A DNA stretch of 64,000 nucleotides from positions 19,937 to 83,936 of the forward strand of contig CAKPLT010000005.1 of assembly GCA_934167755.1 (NCBI GenBank), given 5' to 3'. The DNA comes from an uncultured Clostridia bacterium (GTDB lineage: Bacteria > Bacillota > Clostridia > TANB77 > CAG-508). A model generated the notes under the pieces. It did not search any database, had not been told where the DNA came from, and saw only the letters and a program-made list of their open reading frames with translations. Positions 1 through 8,943 of the stretch are shown piece after piece (the first letter of the stretch is position 1; each line of letters begins with the position of its first letter). Made by a program: the position numbers and the translations under genes.

Positions 1-449
1 CTTGGTTGGATTGGTGATGTTTCTGTAAAATATCCACTCTCGCCTAATGCTCCATATACTTCATCAGTTGAAATATGTACAAATTTATTTTCTGAGCCTT
101 CTCCCCATGCTCTTTTTGCAGCTTCTAATAATGTGTGTGTTCCAATTACATTTGTATGTGTGAATATAAATGGATTTTTTATACTATTGTCTACATGTGA
201 TTCAGCTGCAAAATGAATTGCACCATTTATTTCATATTTTTCAAATATTTCTTGCATCTTTTCAAAATCACATATATCTGCTTGTATAAATGTAATTTTA
301 TCTTTTACTTTATCTAAATTTGCTAGGTTTCCAGCATATGTTAACTTATCTACTACTATTACATTATAATCAGGATGTTTATTTACAAAATATTCTGCAA
401 AATTTGCTCCTATAAATCCTGCTGCTCCTGTTACTAATACATTTTTCAT
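1..449 (-). CDS. rfbB: dTDP-glucose 4,6-dehydratase (N-terminal ~149 codons; 3' end lies outside the window)
   Basis: Absent from the ORF track because there is no stop in the window. My translation from ATG at 449-447 gives MKNVLVTGAAGFIGANFAEYFVNKHPDYNV...HISTDEVYGALGE. It has the GxxGxxG start and the STDEVYG motif typical of RmlB. RBS: gggagaaacaaaaATG. Confidence 0.85.
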   Translation of the reverse strand, partial: MKNVLVTGAAGFIGANFAEYFVNKHPDYNVIVVDKLTYAGNLANLDKVKDKITFIQADICDFEKMQEIFEKYEINGAIHFAAESHVDNSIKNPFIFTHTNVIGTHTLLEAAKRAWGEGSENKFVHISTDEVYGALGESGYFTETSPIQP

Positions 450-483
450 TTTTGTTTCTCCCTTTCATCTATATTAATTTAGA

Positions 484-536
484 ACCGGGTACATAATTTA
501 CATTTTGTAAATTTGGGACCGGGTACATAATTTACA
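484..536. repeat. 19-bp direct repeat x2 (ACCGGGTACATAATTTACA at 484-502 and 518-536) in the rfbC-rfbB spacer
   Basis: Read directly. The second copy overlaps the rfbC stop codon (532-534). It contains CCGGGTACA, the right half of the TGTACCSGGTACA palindrome seen at 13194, 13238 and 55444. Confidence 0.8.
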
Positions 537-1110
537 AATTTTTAAACAAATCTGTTTCTTTTAATTCTTTTAATGATGGCCATTTTGCATCTTTTTCAGA
601 TGTTATTAATTCATCTATTTTTATATTTCCCATTGGCCATTCAATTCCTACATCTGGATCATTGAATTTTAGTCCACCCTCTGCTTCATGATTATATATA
701 TCATCACATTTATATGCAAATTCTGCTTCATCTGATAATACTAGAAACCCATGTGCAAAGCCTTTTGGTATCATAAACATTTTCTTATTTTCTTCTGTTA
801 ATATAACACCTTCCCATTTACCATATGTTTCACTTCCTGGGCGTAAGTCAACAGCTACATCAAATACTTCTCCTTTAATACATCTCACAAGTTTTGCTTG
901 TGTATTTTCTTTTTGAAAGTGTAATCCTCTCAAAACTCCTTTTTTTGATTTTGATTGATTATCTTGTACAAAATCATAATTTAATCCAATTTCTTCAAAG
1001 TCAGTTTTGCTATATGTTTCCATAAAGTACCCTCTATTATCTCCAAATACTGTTGGTTCTATAATGCAAACCCCTTCTATTGATGTATCTATTCTTTTAA
1101 ATTTTCCCAT
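532..1110 (-). CDS. rfbC: dTDP-4-dehydrorhamnose 3,5-epimerase
   Basis: RmlC-like cupin sequence (GVLRGLHFQ, PKGFAHGF). I moved the start to M12 (MGKFKRID...) because it has the RBS ggaggataaaaATG and lies downstream of the rfbA stop at 1121. Confidence 0.9.
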   Translation of the reverse strand: MGKFKRIDTSIEGVCIIEPTVFGDNRGYFMETYSKTDFEEIGLNYDFVQDNQSKSKKGVLRGLHFQKENTQAKLVRCIKGEVFDVAVDLRPGSETYGKWEGVILTEENKKMFMIPKGFAHGFLVLSDEAEFAYKCDDIYNHEAEGGLKFNDPDVGIEWPMGNIKIDELITSEKDAKWPSLKELKETDLFKNL

Positions 1111-1120
1111 TTTTATCCTC

Positions 1121-2011
1121 CTATTCTTCGCCAAAAACATCATCTGCTACATCTTTTAGATATTTTCCATAATCTGTTTTCATATATTTTTTTGATAATT
1201 CTGATAATTCTTCAGATGTTATCCAACCTTTGTCAAATGCAATTTCTTCAGGACAGCATATTTGTAATCCTTGTCTTTTTTGAATTGTTTGAACAAAGCT
1301 TGCTGTTTCTATTAGAGCATCATGTGTTCCAGTGTCAAACCATGTCATTCCTCTTCCTAGTTTTTCAACTTTGAGTTGTCCTCTTTTCATATATTCTTCA
1401 TTTACTGTTGTTATTTCTAATTCTCCTCTTGCTGATGGTTTTACATTTTTCGCAATTTCAATTACTTCATTTGTATAGAAATATAGTCCTGGTACTGCAT
1501 AATTAGATTTTGGTTCTTCTGGTTTTTCTTCTATTGATTTTGCTTTTCCATTTTCATCTATTTCTACAACTCCATATCTTCTAGGGTCTTTTACATAATA
1601 TCCAAATATTGTTGCTTCATCTTCTCTTTCATTTGCTTCTTTTAATTTTTCGGCAAGATGTTCTCCATAGAACATATTGTCACCTAAAATCATGGCAACA
1701 TTGTCTTCTCCTATAAAGTCTTCTCCTATTATAAATGCTTCTGCTAGTCCATTTGGTTTTTCTTGAATTTTATATTCAAAATGCATTCCCCATTGGCTTC
1801 CATCCCCAAGCAAGTCTTTAAATGTCTCTTCATCTCTCGGTGTTGTTATTATTAACACATCTCTTATGTCTGCTTGCATTAATATTGATAATGGATAATA
1901 TATCATAGGTTTATCATATACAGGCATAATTTGTTTTGATATTGCAAGTGTTAATGGATATAGTCTTGTTCCACTTCCACCAGCCAAAATGATTCCTTTT
2001 CTATTCTTCAT
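1121..2011 (-). CDS. rfbA: glucose-1-phosphate thymidylyltransferase
   Basis: [21 protein letters not shown]... shows the RmlA N-terminal GGxGTRL motif. Full-length at 296 aa. Overlaps the rfbD stop by 11 nt. Confidence 0.93.
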   Translation of the reverse strand: MKNRKGIILAGGSGTRLYPLTLAISKQIMPVYDKPMIYYPLSILMQADIRDVLIITTPRDEETFKDLLGDGSQWGMHFEYKIQEKPNGLAEAFIIGEDFIGEDNVAMILGDNMFYGEHLAEKLKEANEREDEATIFGYYVKDPRRYGVVEIDENGKAKSIEEKPEEPKSNYAVPGLYFYTNEVIEIAKNVKPSARGELEITTVNEEYMKRGQLKVEKLGRGMTWFDTGTHDALIETASFVQTIQKRQGLQICCPEEIAFDKGWITSEELSELSKKYMKTDYGKYLKDVADDVFGEE

Positions 2012-2873
2012 TTTCTTTCACCTCTTCTAAATATCTCTTTAGACCATCTCTCCATTCTGGCACTTTAATTCCGCATGCTTCAAGTTTTGCTTTTGACATT
2101 TGAGAATTAAATGGTCTTTTTGCTTGTGTTACTTTCATCATTTCTATATATTCTTCTGTTGTTACTGGATTAACTTTGCATTTTATTCCTTGCTCTGCTA
2201 ATATTTCTTTTGTGAATTCATACCATGTTGTATATCCTTCATTTGTTGCATTATATATTCCATATGGTATTTTCTTTTCAATTGCTTGATATATTATTTC
2301 TGTTAAATCTTTTGCATATGTTGGGCTTCCATGTTGATCTGATACTACACTTATTTCTTCTCTTGTAGAACCAAGTTTTGTCATTGTTTTTACAAAATTG
2401 TTTCCTCCAATTCCATATAACCATGCTGTTCTAAATATGTAGTATTCATCCGTATTTCCAGTAATTTCTTCTTCTCCATGTAATTTTGTTTTTCCATATG
2501 CTGTTACTGGAGCTTTTGTATCATCTTCTTTATAAACTTTTGATATATCTAAGTTTCCTCCAAATACATAGTCTGTTGATATATGTACTAATTTTGCTCC
2601 AGCAGATTTTGCAGCTTTTGCTAAATTTTTTGGTCCATCTCCATTAATTCTGTCTGCTAATTCATAATTTTCTTCTGCTTTGTCTACAGCAGTATATGCT
2701 GCACAATTTATTATATATTCTGGTTTTGTTCTCATTACATAATTCATTACTGCTTTTTCATCTGTTATATCTAGTTCTGCAACATCTGTTGCTATTATTT
2801 CATTTTCTTTTTCAAATTTTTCTTGTACTTCTTTTGCTAGCATTCCATTTGCACCTGTTACTAAAATTTTCAT
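2001..2873 (-). CDS. rfbD: dTDP-4-dehydrorhamnose reductase
   Basis: [13 protein letters not shown]... Rossmann start with RmlD-like length. I moved the start to M33 (ATG 2873-2871) because the longer ORF would run through the upstream terminator hairpin at 2938-2961. Confidence 0.88.
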   Translation of the reverse strand: MKILVTGANGMLAKEVQEKFEKENEIIATDVAELDITDEKAVMNYVMRTKPEYIINCAAYTAVDKAEENYELADRINGDGPKNLAKAAKSAGAKLVHISTDYVFGGNLDISKVYKEDDTKAPVTAYGKTKLHGEEEITGNTDEYYIFRTAWLYGIGGNNFVKTMTKLGSTREEISVVSDQHGSPTYAKDLTEIIYQAIEKKIPYGIYNATNEGYTTWYEFTKEILAEQGIKCKVNPVTTEEYIEMMKVTQAKRPFNSQMSKAKLEACGIKVPEWRDGLKRYLEEVKENEE

Positions 2874-2931
2874 TTCTATCATCCTTTCCATTTTAGTTTG
2901 TATCTTTTTCGAGACTATCATATCATTAAAT

Positions 2932-2961
2932 GCAAAAAAGTACAAGTTTTTTCTTGTACTT
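2932..2961 (-). terminator. rho-independent terminator of the 3118-4116 gene
   Basis: Stem AAGTACAAG (2938-2946) pairs with CTTGTACTT (2953-2961). On the minus strand the hairpin is followed by a U-run (plus-strand A-run 2933-2939). Confidence 0.6.
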
Positions 2962-2974
2962 TTATACACTTTTT

Positions 2975-3134
2975 TATATACTAGGAAAGTATAATTTCAT
3001 AGTATAATATGTTATTATAAGTATATCCAGAAATATATAGAACAAATAAAAAAAATTTTTCAATTTTTCTTATTTGTTTTCACCCGATTTTAGTTTCCGA
3101 GCGAAAGCTATGAAATCTCAAAGAGCAAGCGGTT
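2975..3134. repeat. Repeat family B, copy 1: core 3040-3134 plus inverted side module 2975-3004
   Basis: The core GAACAAATAA..TTATTTGTT..CCCGATTTTAGTTT...GAAATCTCAAAGAGCAAGCGGTT aligns with 25129-25223. The side module TATATACTAGGAAAGTATAAT is the inverse of 25233-25267. Confidence 0.75.
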
Positions 3135-4116
3135 TTAGCTTTTCATATTTCATTGGCTCTGTACTATACCAATAATATGTTCCATCAGAATTTTGCTTAT
3201 ATGTATGCTTATATGTTGTTAATTCTTTTCCTAAATATTTTTCTATATTTTGAATACATATTTTATTCCACTGAGCTGATGTTGAATCAATATTGTCAGT
3301 ATCAGGATATATATTTTTTTCATTAAAATCTACTTTTGACGCTAATTTTTCTTTTTTATCTGAAGAAGTATATATATCATATGAACCTGCCATATTTGTG
3401 CCATCTTCTTTAAGATTATCCACTTCAACCAAATGTACATATTTGTCATAAATACATATTGTTCCTGTATTATCTTTTTCTGCTGAAACTAAAAAATTTA
3501 TAGAGTTCTGCCAAGGGACAGCTCCGCCTCCTTCATAATCATAACTATCATATTCACCATTTTCATATTTTATTGTATGGCCATCATATGGAGATGCATC
3601 TTGATGTACTACTTTTACATCTTTTCCAAATATTTCTTTTGCTTTATTTTCTACAACATCTTTAGCATATATAATACATTCTCTCTTAGGAATCTCTTCG
3701 CTTTCATATTTATATTCTACTCTTGTAGCATTATTTTCTCCTAAATTATTAAATACTGTTAATAATTTTAAACTGTTACTCATATTTTTTTCAGTTACTT
3801 TTTCTGATTGATAAGCTATCAACTCATCATAGTAGCTAAATTTAGCAACATAATTATATAATTTTTTTACCAAGTCACTATCAGTATTTAAAGTTTCTAA
3901 TTTATTTGTATTTTGTTCTTCATTTTTATTTGTAATTTCTTCTTTAGCATTAGCTTCATCTATTTTATTAATTTTATCATTTAATTCTTCAATTGAGTTA
4001 CTCATATTTATTCTATCATTGTAAAGTTTATATATAAATAATCCCATTATAATAATTATTATAATAGCTATTATAATAAACAATAACGATAAATTTGATT
4101 TCTTTTTTTCTTCCAT
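3118..4116 (-). CDS. hypothetical membrane-anchored protein (N-terminal TM, coiled-coil linker, C-terminal globular domain)
   Basis: 332-aa ORF with RBS aaaaaaggagaaatagtaaATG and hydrophobic residues 9-30. I recognise no family. The last codons (..PLAL-stop) are encoded by the repeat B core. Confidence 0.6.
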   Translation of the reverse strand: MEEKKKSNLSLLFIIIAIIIIIIMGLFIYKLYNDRINMSNSIEELNDKINKIDEANAKEEITNKNEEQNTNKLETLNTDSDLVKKLYNYVAKFSYYDELIAYQSEKVTEKNMSNSLKLLTVFNNLGENNATRVEYKYESEEIPKRECIIYAKDVVENKAKEIFGKDVKVVHQDASPYDGHTIKYENGEYDSYDYEGGGAVPWQNSINFLVSAEKDNTGTICIYDKYVHLVEVDNLKEDGTNMAGSYDIYTSSDKKEKLASKVDFNEKNIYPDTDNIDSTSAQWNKICIQNIEKYLGKELTTYKHTYKQNSDGTYYWYSTEPMKYEKLKPLAL

Positions 4117-4194
4117 TTACTATTTCTCCTTTTTTTAATTAATTTGTGTACTAATATTTTATATCTTTTTATATAATTTTTTATAATACATTAT

Positions 4195-4299
4195 CGAAAA
4201 AATATTATTTTAAGTTTAACAAGGTGTTTTAAATTTGTTGTAAATCAAATTTAAAATAGCAAAGCGTCCGCAGTTAAATGATAAAATGATATTTTTTCG
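4195..4299 (+). repeat. Repeat family A, copy 1 (~105-nt structured palindromic element)
   Basis: CGAAAAAATATTATTTTAAGTTTAACAAGGTG..TTTAAATTTG-loop-CAAATTTAAA..ATAGCAAAGCGTCCGCAGTTAAATGATAAAATGATATTTTTTCG. Aligns with 27207-27312 and, inverted, with 52259-52361. Confidence 0.85.
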
Positions 4300-4336
4300 T
4301 TTATATTATATAACTAAATACTAAAATCCTTTGAAC

Positions 4337-5650
<1,314 letters not shown>

Positions 5651-5743
5651 TCATTCCTTTCTTTTTCTTGTTTATAGTATGTATCAATATTAAAAAATGT
5701 AATCATAATAGATATAACTTTTCAGTGAGTAAATAACAAAATA

Positions 5744-5773
5744 AGAAAAATGGAAGAATTAGTGTCTTCCATT
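5744..5773 (-). terminator. rho-independent terminator after the 103-aa gene
   Basis: Stem ATGGAAGA (5750-5757) pairs with TCTTCCAT (5765-5772), with A/T runs on both sides. Confidence 0.6.
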
Positions 5774-5806
5774 TTTTATACAAAATATTTATCTTGTATT
5801 TTGAGG

Positions 5807-6118
5807 TTAACCGTTCTCATTTTTCACATCAGTATCTTTTGTAATTAACTCTTCGATCACCTTTTCATTTTTGTCGAGTTCATTATACATTGAGCTCCAT
5901 GAAATCTCCACGCGAGTTTCTCCGAGATATCTCACATCATATCCGGCTCGAGTCAAAATTGTAATTGTTGCTCTTGAAACCCTTTCATTGTAGAAACAAC
6001 TTTTTTGTTTCTTTTCTATTGCTTCTTCAATAGCTTTGTTAATAAGTGGAATTTCCTTTTCCAAAGATATTTTTACTGTTTTCCGTGCTGCTTCTGCTGC
6101 TGACATAATTCTTAACAT
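5807..6118 (-). CDS. hypothetical 103-aa protein
   Basis: RBS ggaggttaaattATG. I recognise no family. It contains locally GC-richer stretches (ccggctcgagtc, cacgcgagtttctccgagat) than its neighbours. Confidence 0.55.
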   Translation of the reverse strand: MLRIMSAAEAARKTVKISLEKEIPLINKAIEEAIEKKQKSCFYNERVSRATITILTRAGYDVRYLGETRVEISWSSMYNELDKNEKVIEELITKDTDVKNENG

Positions 6119-6181
6119 AATTTAACCTCCAAAAAAATTTTTTATAATTCTATTATAACATACTTAAATTTAAAAATCAAA

Positions 6182-7183
6182 TTATTTCATAGCTTCTTCA
6201 ACTGCAACAGCAACTGCAACTGATGCTCCGACCATTGGGTTGTTACCCATACCGATTAATCCCATCATTTCTACATGTGCTGGTACTGAAGATGAACCTG
6301 CAAATTGTGCATCTGAATGCATTCTTCCCATAGTATCTGTCATACCATATGAAGCTGGTCCAGCAGCCATATTATCTGGATGAAGTGTTCTACCTGTTCC
6401 ACCACCTGAAGCAACTGAGAAATATTTCTTTCCTGCTTCCAATCTTTCTTTCTTATATGTGCCTGCAACTGGATGTTGAAATCTTGTTGGATTTGTTGAA
6501 TTTCCTGTGATTGATACATCAACATCTTCCATCCACATAATTGCTACACCTTCTCTAACATCATTAGCTCCATAGCATCTTACTTGACTTCTTTCACCAT
6601 CTGAATATTTGATTTCTTCTACTACATTTACTTTTCCTGTAAAGAAATCAAAATCTGTTTTTACATATGTAAATCCATTAATTCTTGATATTACTTGTGC
6701 GGCATCTTTTCCTAAACCATTTAAAATTACTCTTAGTGGTTCTTTTCTAACTTTGTTTGCAGATTTTGCTATACCAATAGCTCCTTCTGCTGCTGCAAAG
6801 CTTTCATGTCCTGCTAAAAATGCAAAACATTTTGTATCTTCTGATAATAGCATTGATGCTAAGTTTCCATGTCCTAATCCTACTTTTCTGTCATCTGCAA
6901 CAGAACCTGGAATGCAAAATGCTTGTAATCCTTCTCCAATTGCTTTTGCTGCATCAGATGCTTTTGTACAGCCTTTTTTTATTGCTATTGCAGCTCCTAA
7001 TGTATATGCCCAAGCTGCATTTTCAAAACATATTGGTTGTACTCCTTTTACTATTTCATATGGATTAAATCCTTTGTCTGTACATGTTTTTAATGCATCT
7101 TCAAAATCTTTTATTCCATATTTATCCATTACTGGTTTTATTTGATCTATTCTTCTTTCATAACTTTCAAATGTTACTGCCAT
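6182..7183 (-). CDS. GGGtGRT-family protein (conserved protein of unknown function)
   Basis: 333 aa containing the eponymous motif SVASGGGTGRTLHPDN. RBS: aaaataggaggaataaaaATG. Confidence 0.8.
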   Translation of the reverse strand: MAVTFESYERRIDQIKPVMDKYGIKDFEDALKTCTDKGFNPYEIVKGVQPICFENAAWAYTLGAAIAIKKGCTKASDAAKAIGEGLQAFCIPGSVADDRKVGLGHGNLASMLLSEDTKCFAFLAGHESFAAAEGAIGIAKSANKVRKEPLRVILNGLGKDAAQVISRINGFTYVKTDFDFFTGKVNVVEEIKYSDGERSQVRCYGANDVREGVAIMWMEDVDVSITGNSTNPTRFQHPVAGTYKKERLEAGKKYFSVASGGGTGRTLHPDNMAAGPASYGMTDTMGRMHSDAQFAGSSSVPAHVEMMGLIGMGNNPMVGASVAVAVAVEEAMK

Positions 7184-7362
7184 TTTTATTCCTCCTATTT
7201 TTTATATGTTTTACAATTATAAATAGTATAATATTAATTATTAATACTAAGAAAAATCCATATGTATTATAAAAAAATTTTAAATTTAAAATTTTCAAAA
7301 ATATGCAAATTACAATTCCTTGAATTGAGAACATTAATATGTTTTCATATTTTACTACAGGT

Positions 7363-7527
7363 TTATTGCAAAGTCTTAAAATCACTTTTGCAAATCCGTA
7401 CAGCTGCTATTGAAAATATCATAATTCCAGCATATCCATTAATTCCAAGTTCAACTAAATCAATTAAAATGTCTATTAAAATGTCTCTTATCCACTTAAT
7501 ACCTTTTATTAAAGCTCTTCGTCTCAT
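7363..7527 (-). CDS. 54-aa putative small membrane protein (below the ORF-track size cutoff)
   Basis: My translation: MRRRALIKGIKWIRDILIDILIDLVELGINGYAGIMIFSIAAVRICKSDFKTLQ. A strong RBS AAGGAGAA sits 6 nt upstream. It lies between the NifU-like stop (7559) and the GGGtGRT gene and has one hydrophobic helix. Confidence 0.45.
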   Translation of the reverse strand: MRRRALIKGIKWIRDILIDILIDLVELGINGYAGIMIFSIAAVRICKSDFKTLQ

Positions 7528-7558
7528 ACGAATTCTCCTTGTCTTAATCTATTATATT

Positions 7559-8251
7559 CTACTCTTTTCTTGGATCTATTTTTTTGACTGCTTCATCAAA
7601 TCTTCCATATGTACCAGAAGCTTTTTCAATTGCTTCCATTGGATCAATTCCTTTTTTAATATTATCCATCATTTTTCCCATATGAACATATTTATAACCG
7701 ATTATTTGGTCATCTTTATCCAAACCTAATTCAACAATATAACCTTCTGTTAATTGTAAATATCTTGGTCCTTTTAAAGAACTTGAATAAATTGTTCCTA
7801 CTTGTGAAGTATGTCCTTTTCCTAAATCTTCAAGCCCTGCTCCTACTGGAAGTCCTCCTTCTGAAAAAGCTGTTTGAGTTCTACCATATACTATTTGTAA
7901 GAATAATTCTCTCATAGCAGTATTTATAGCATCACATACTAAATCTGTATTTAATGCTTCTAGTATTGTTTTTCCTGTTAAAATTTCACCTGCCATTGCT
8001 GCTGAATGTGTCATTCCTGAACATCCAATTGTTTCAATTAATGCCTCTTGGATTATTCCATCTTTTACATTTAATGTTAGTTTACATGCTCCTTGTTGTG
8101 GTGCACACCATCCAATACCATGTGTTAATCCAGATATATCTTTTATTTCTTTTGCTTTTACCCATTTTCCTTCTTCTGGAATTGGTGCTGGTCCATGGTC
8201 TACTCCTTTTGCAACACAGCACATATTTTCTAATTCTTTTGAATAAATCAT
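7559..8251 (-). CDS. NifU/IscU-like N-terminal domain protein with a ~100-aa C-terminal extension
   Basis: MIYSKELENM..., with Cys residues in GWCAPQQGAC and ETIGCSGMTHSA, as in IscU-type scaffolds. I moved the start to M7, whose RBS AAAGGAGcaataaaaATG lies inside the longer ORF. Confidence 0.7.
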   Translation of the reverse strand: MIYSKELENMCCVAKGVDHGPAPIPEEGKWVKAKEIKDISGLTHGIGWCAPQQGACKLTLNVKDGIIQEALIETIGCSGMTHSAAMAGEILTGKTILEALNTDLVCDAINTAMRELFLQIVYGRTQTAFSEGGLPVGAGLEDLGKGHTSQVGTIYSSSLKGPRYLQLTEGYIVELGLDKDDQIIGYKYVHMGKMMDNIKKGIDPMEAIEKASGTYGRFDEAVKKIDPRKE

Positions 8252-8265
8252 TTTTATTGCTCCTT

Positions 8266-8940
8266 TCATTTATTACATAATATTTGATTTTTTACTTTTT
8301 GCGTTTCTTGATTTGTAGCTATATATGCTACTTTCTGTGTTTTTTTAAAATCCGTTGTTTCATATGTTACAACATTTGTCTGTCTTTTTTGGTAAATTCC
8401 AGTGTCATATTCTTCGTCTTTTTTTCTACTAAATTTCCTGTTTTTTAAATATTCTTCCAACGCCTTTTTTTCTTTTTTACTATGTGGCTCTATATTTAAA
8501 TATTTATTTCTCCAATATATATGATGATTATAATATGCTTCTTCTCCTCCTAATATATTATCATAATTATATTCAACTTTAAACCTATTATTTTTTATTG
8601 ATATTGTTATATTAGACCACACTTTTTGCTTTGTTCTTGCAAATTCATCTCTAAGCAATTTTATTTCATCATATAATATTTCAACCAATTTCATATATTC
8701 TGATTCTTCAATATCATATTTTGTTGGAACTTCATATACATTTATAAATTTTCGTTTAAATATTCCTTTTGGCATAAAATAAAAATACATTTCTCCTGTT
8801 TGAACTTTTCCAAATCTATCTATTATTGATGCATAAAGGTATAATTCATCCCATTTTCCAGGTACTGCATAAAATATTCTTTTTTGTATTTCTTTGTATA
8901 TTTCCTTTATTCTATTTGTATTATTTAACAATTTTTTCAC
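8266..8940 (-). CDS. YezG/DUF600-like (polymorphic-toxin immunity family) protein with a basic ~70-aa C-terminal tail
   Basis: The N-terminal ~150 aa follow the DUF600 pattern as I remember it: IYKEI...IFYAVPGKWDELYLYASI...GEMYFYFMP...VPTKYDI...LRDEF...WSNITISI..FKVEYNYD. The start is GTG at 8940 or TTG at 8931. Confidence 0.5.
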   Translation of the reverse strand: MKKLLNNTNRIKEIYKEIQKRIFYAVPGKWDELYLYASIIDRFGKVQTGEMYFYFMPKGIFKRKFINVYEVPTKYDIEESEYMKLVEILYDEIKLLRDEFARTKQKVWSNITISIKNNRFKVEYNYDNILGGEEAYYNHHIYWRNKYLNIEPHSKKEKKALEEYLKNRKFSRKKDEEYDTGIYQKRQTNVVTYETTDFKKTQKVAYIATNQETQKVKNQILCNK

Positions 8941-8943
8941 CCT

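Noticed and set aside
2874-2969. N-terminal extensions in the ORF track (rfbD, rfbC, NUDIX, DtxR-like, gpr, xseB, PadR, NifU-like, ABC genes and others).
   Set aside because: The extended starts lack RBSs, use GTG or TTG, or run through terminators, repeats or upstream stop codons. Internal ATG/TTG starts with GGAGG-type RBSs fit the known protein N-termini.
7167-7729. ORF-track entries 7167-7385 (-, 72 aa) and 7262-7729 (+, 155 aa) in the GGGtGRT/NifU-like spacer.
   Set aside because: They have no RBS and give very hydrophobic, low-complexity translations. They also overlap the GGGtGRT start or the NifU-like 3' end. The RBS-preceded 54-aa frame at 7363-7527 is the better candidate.
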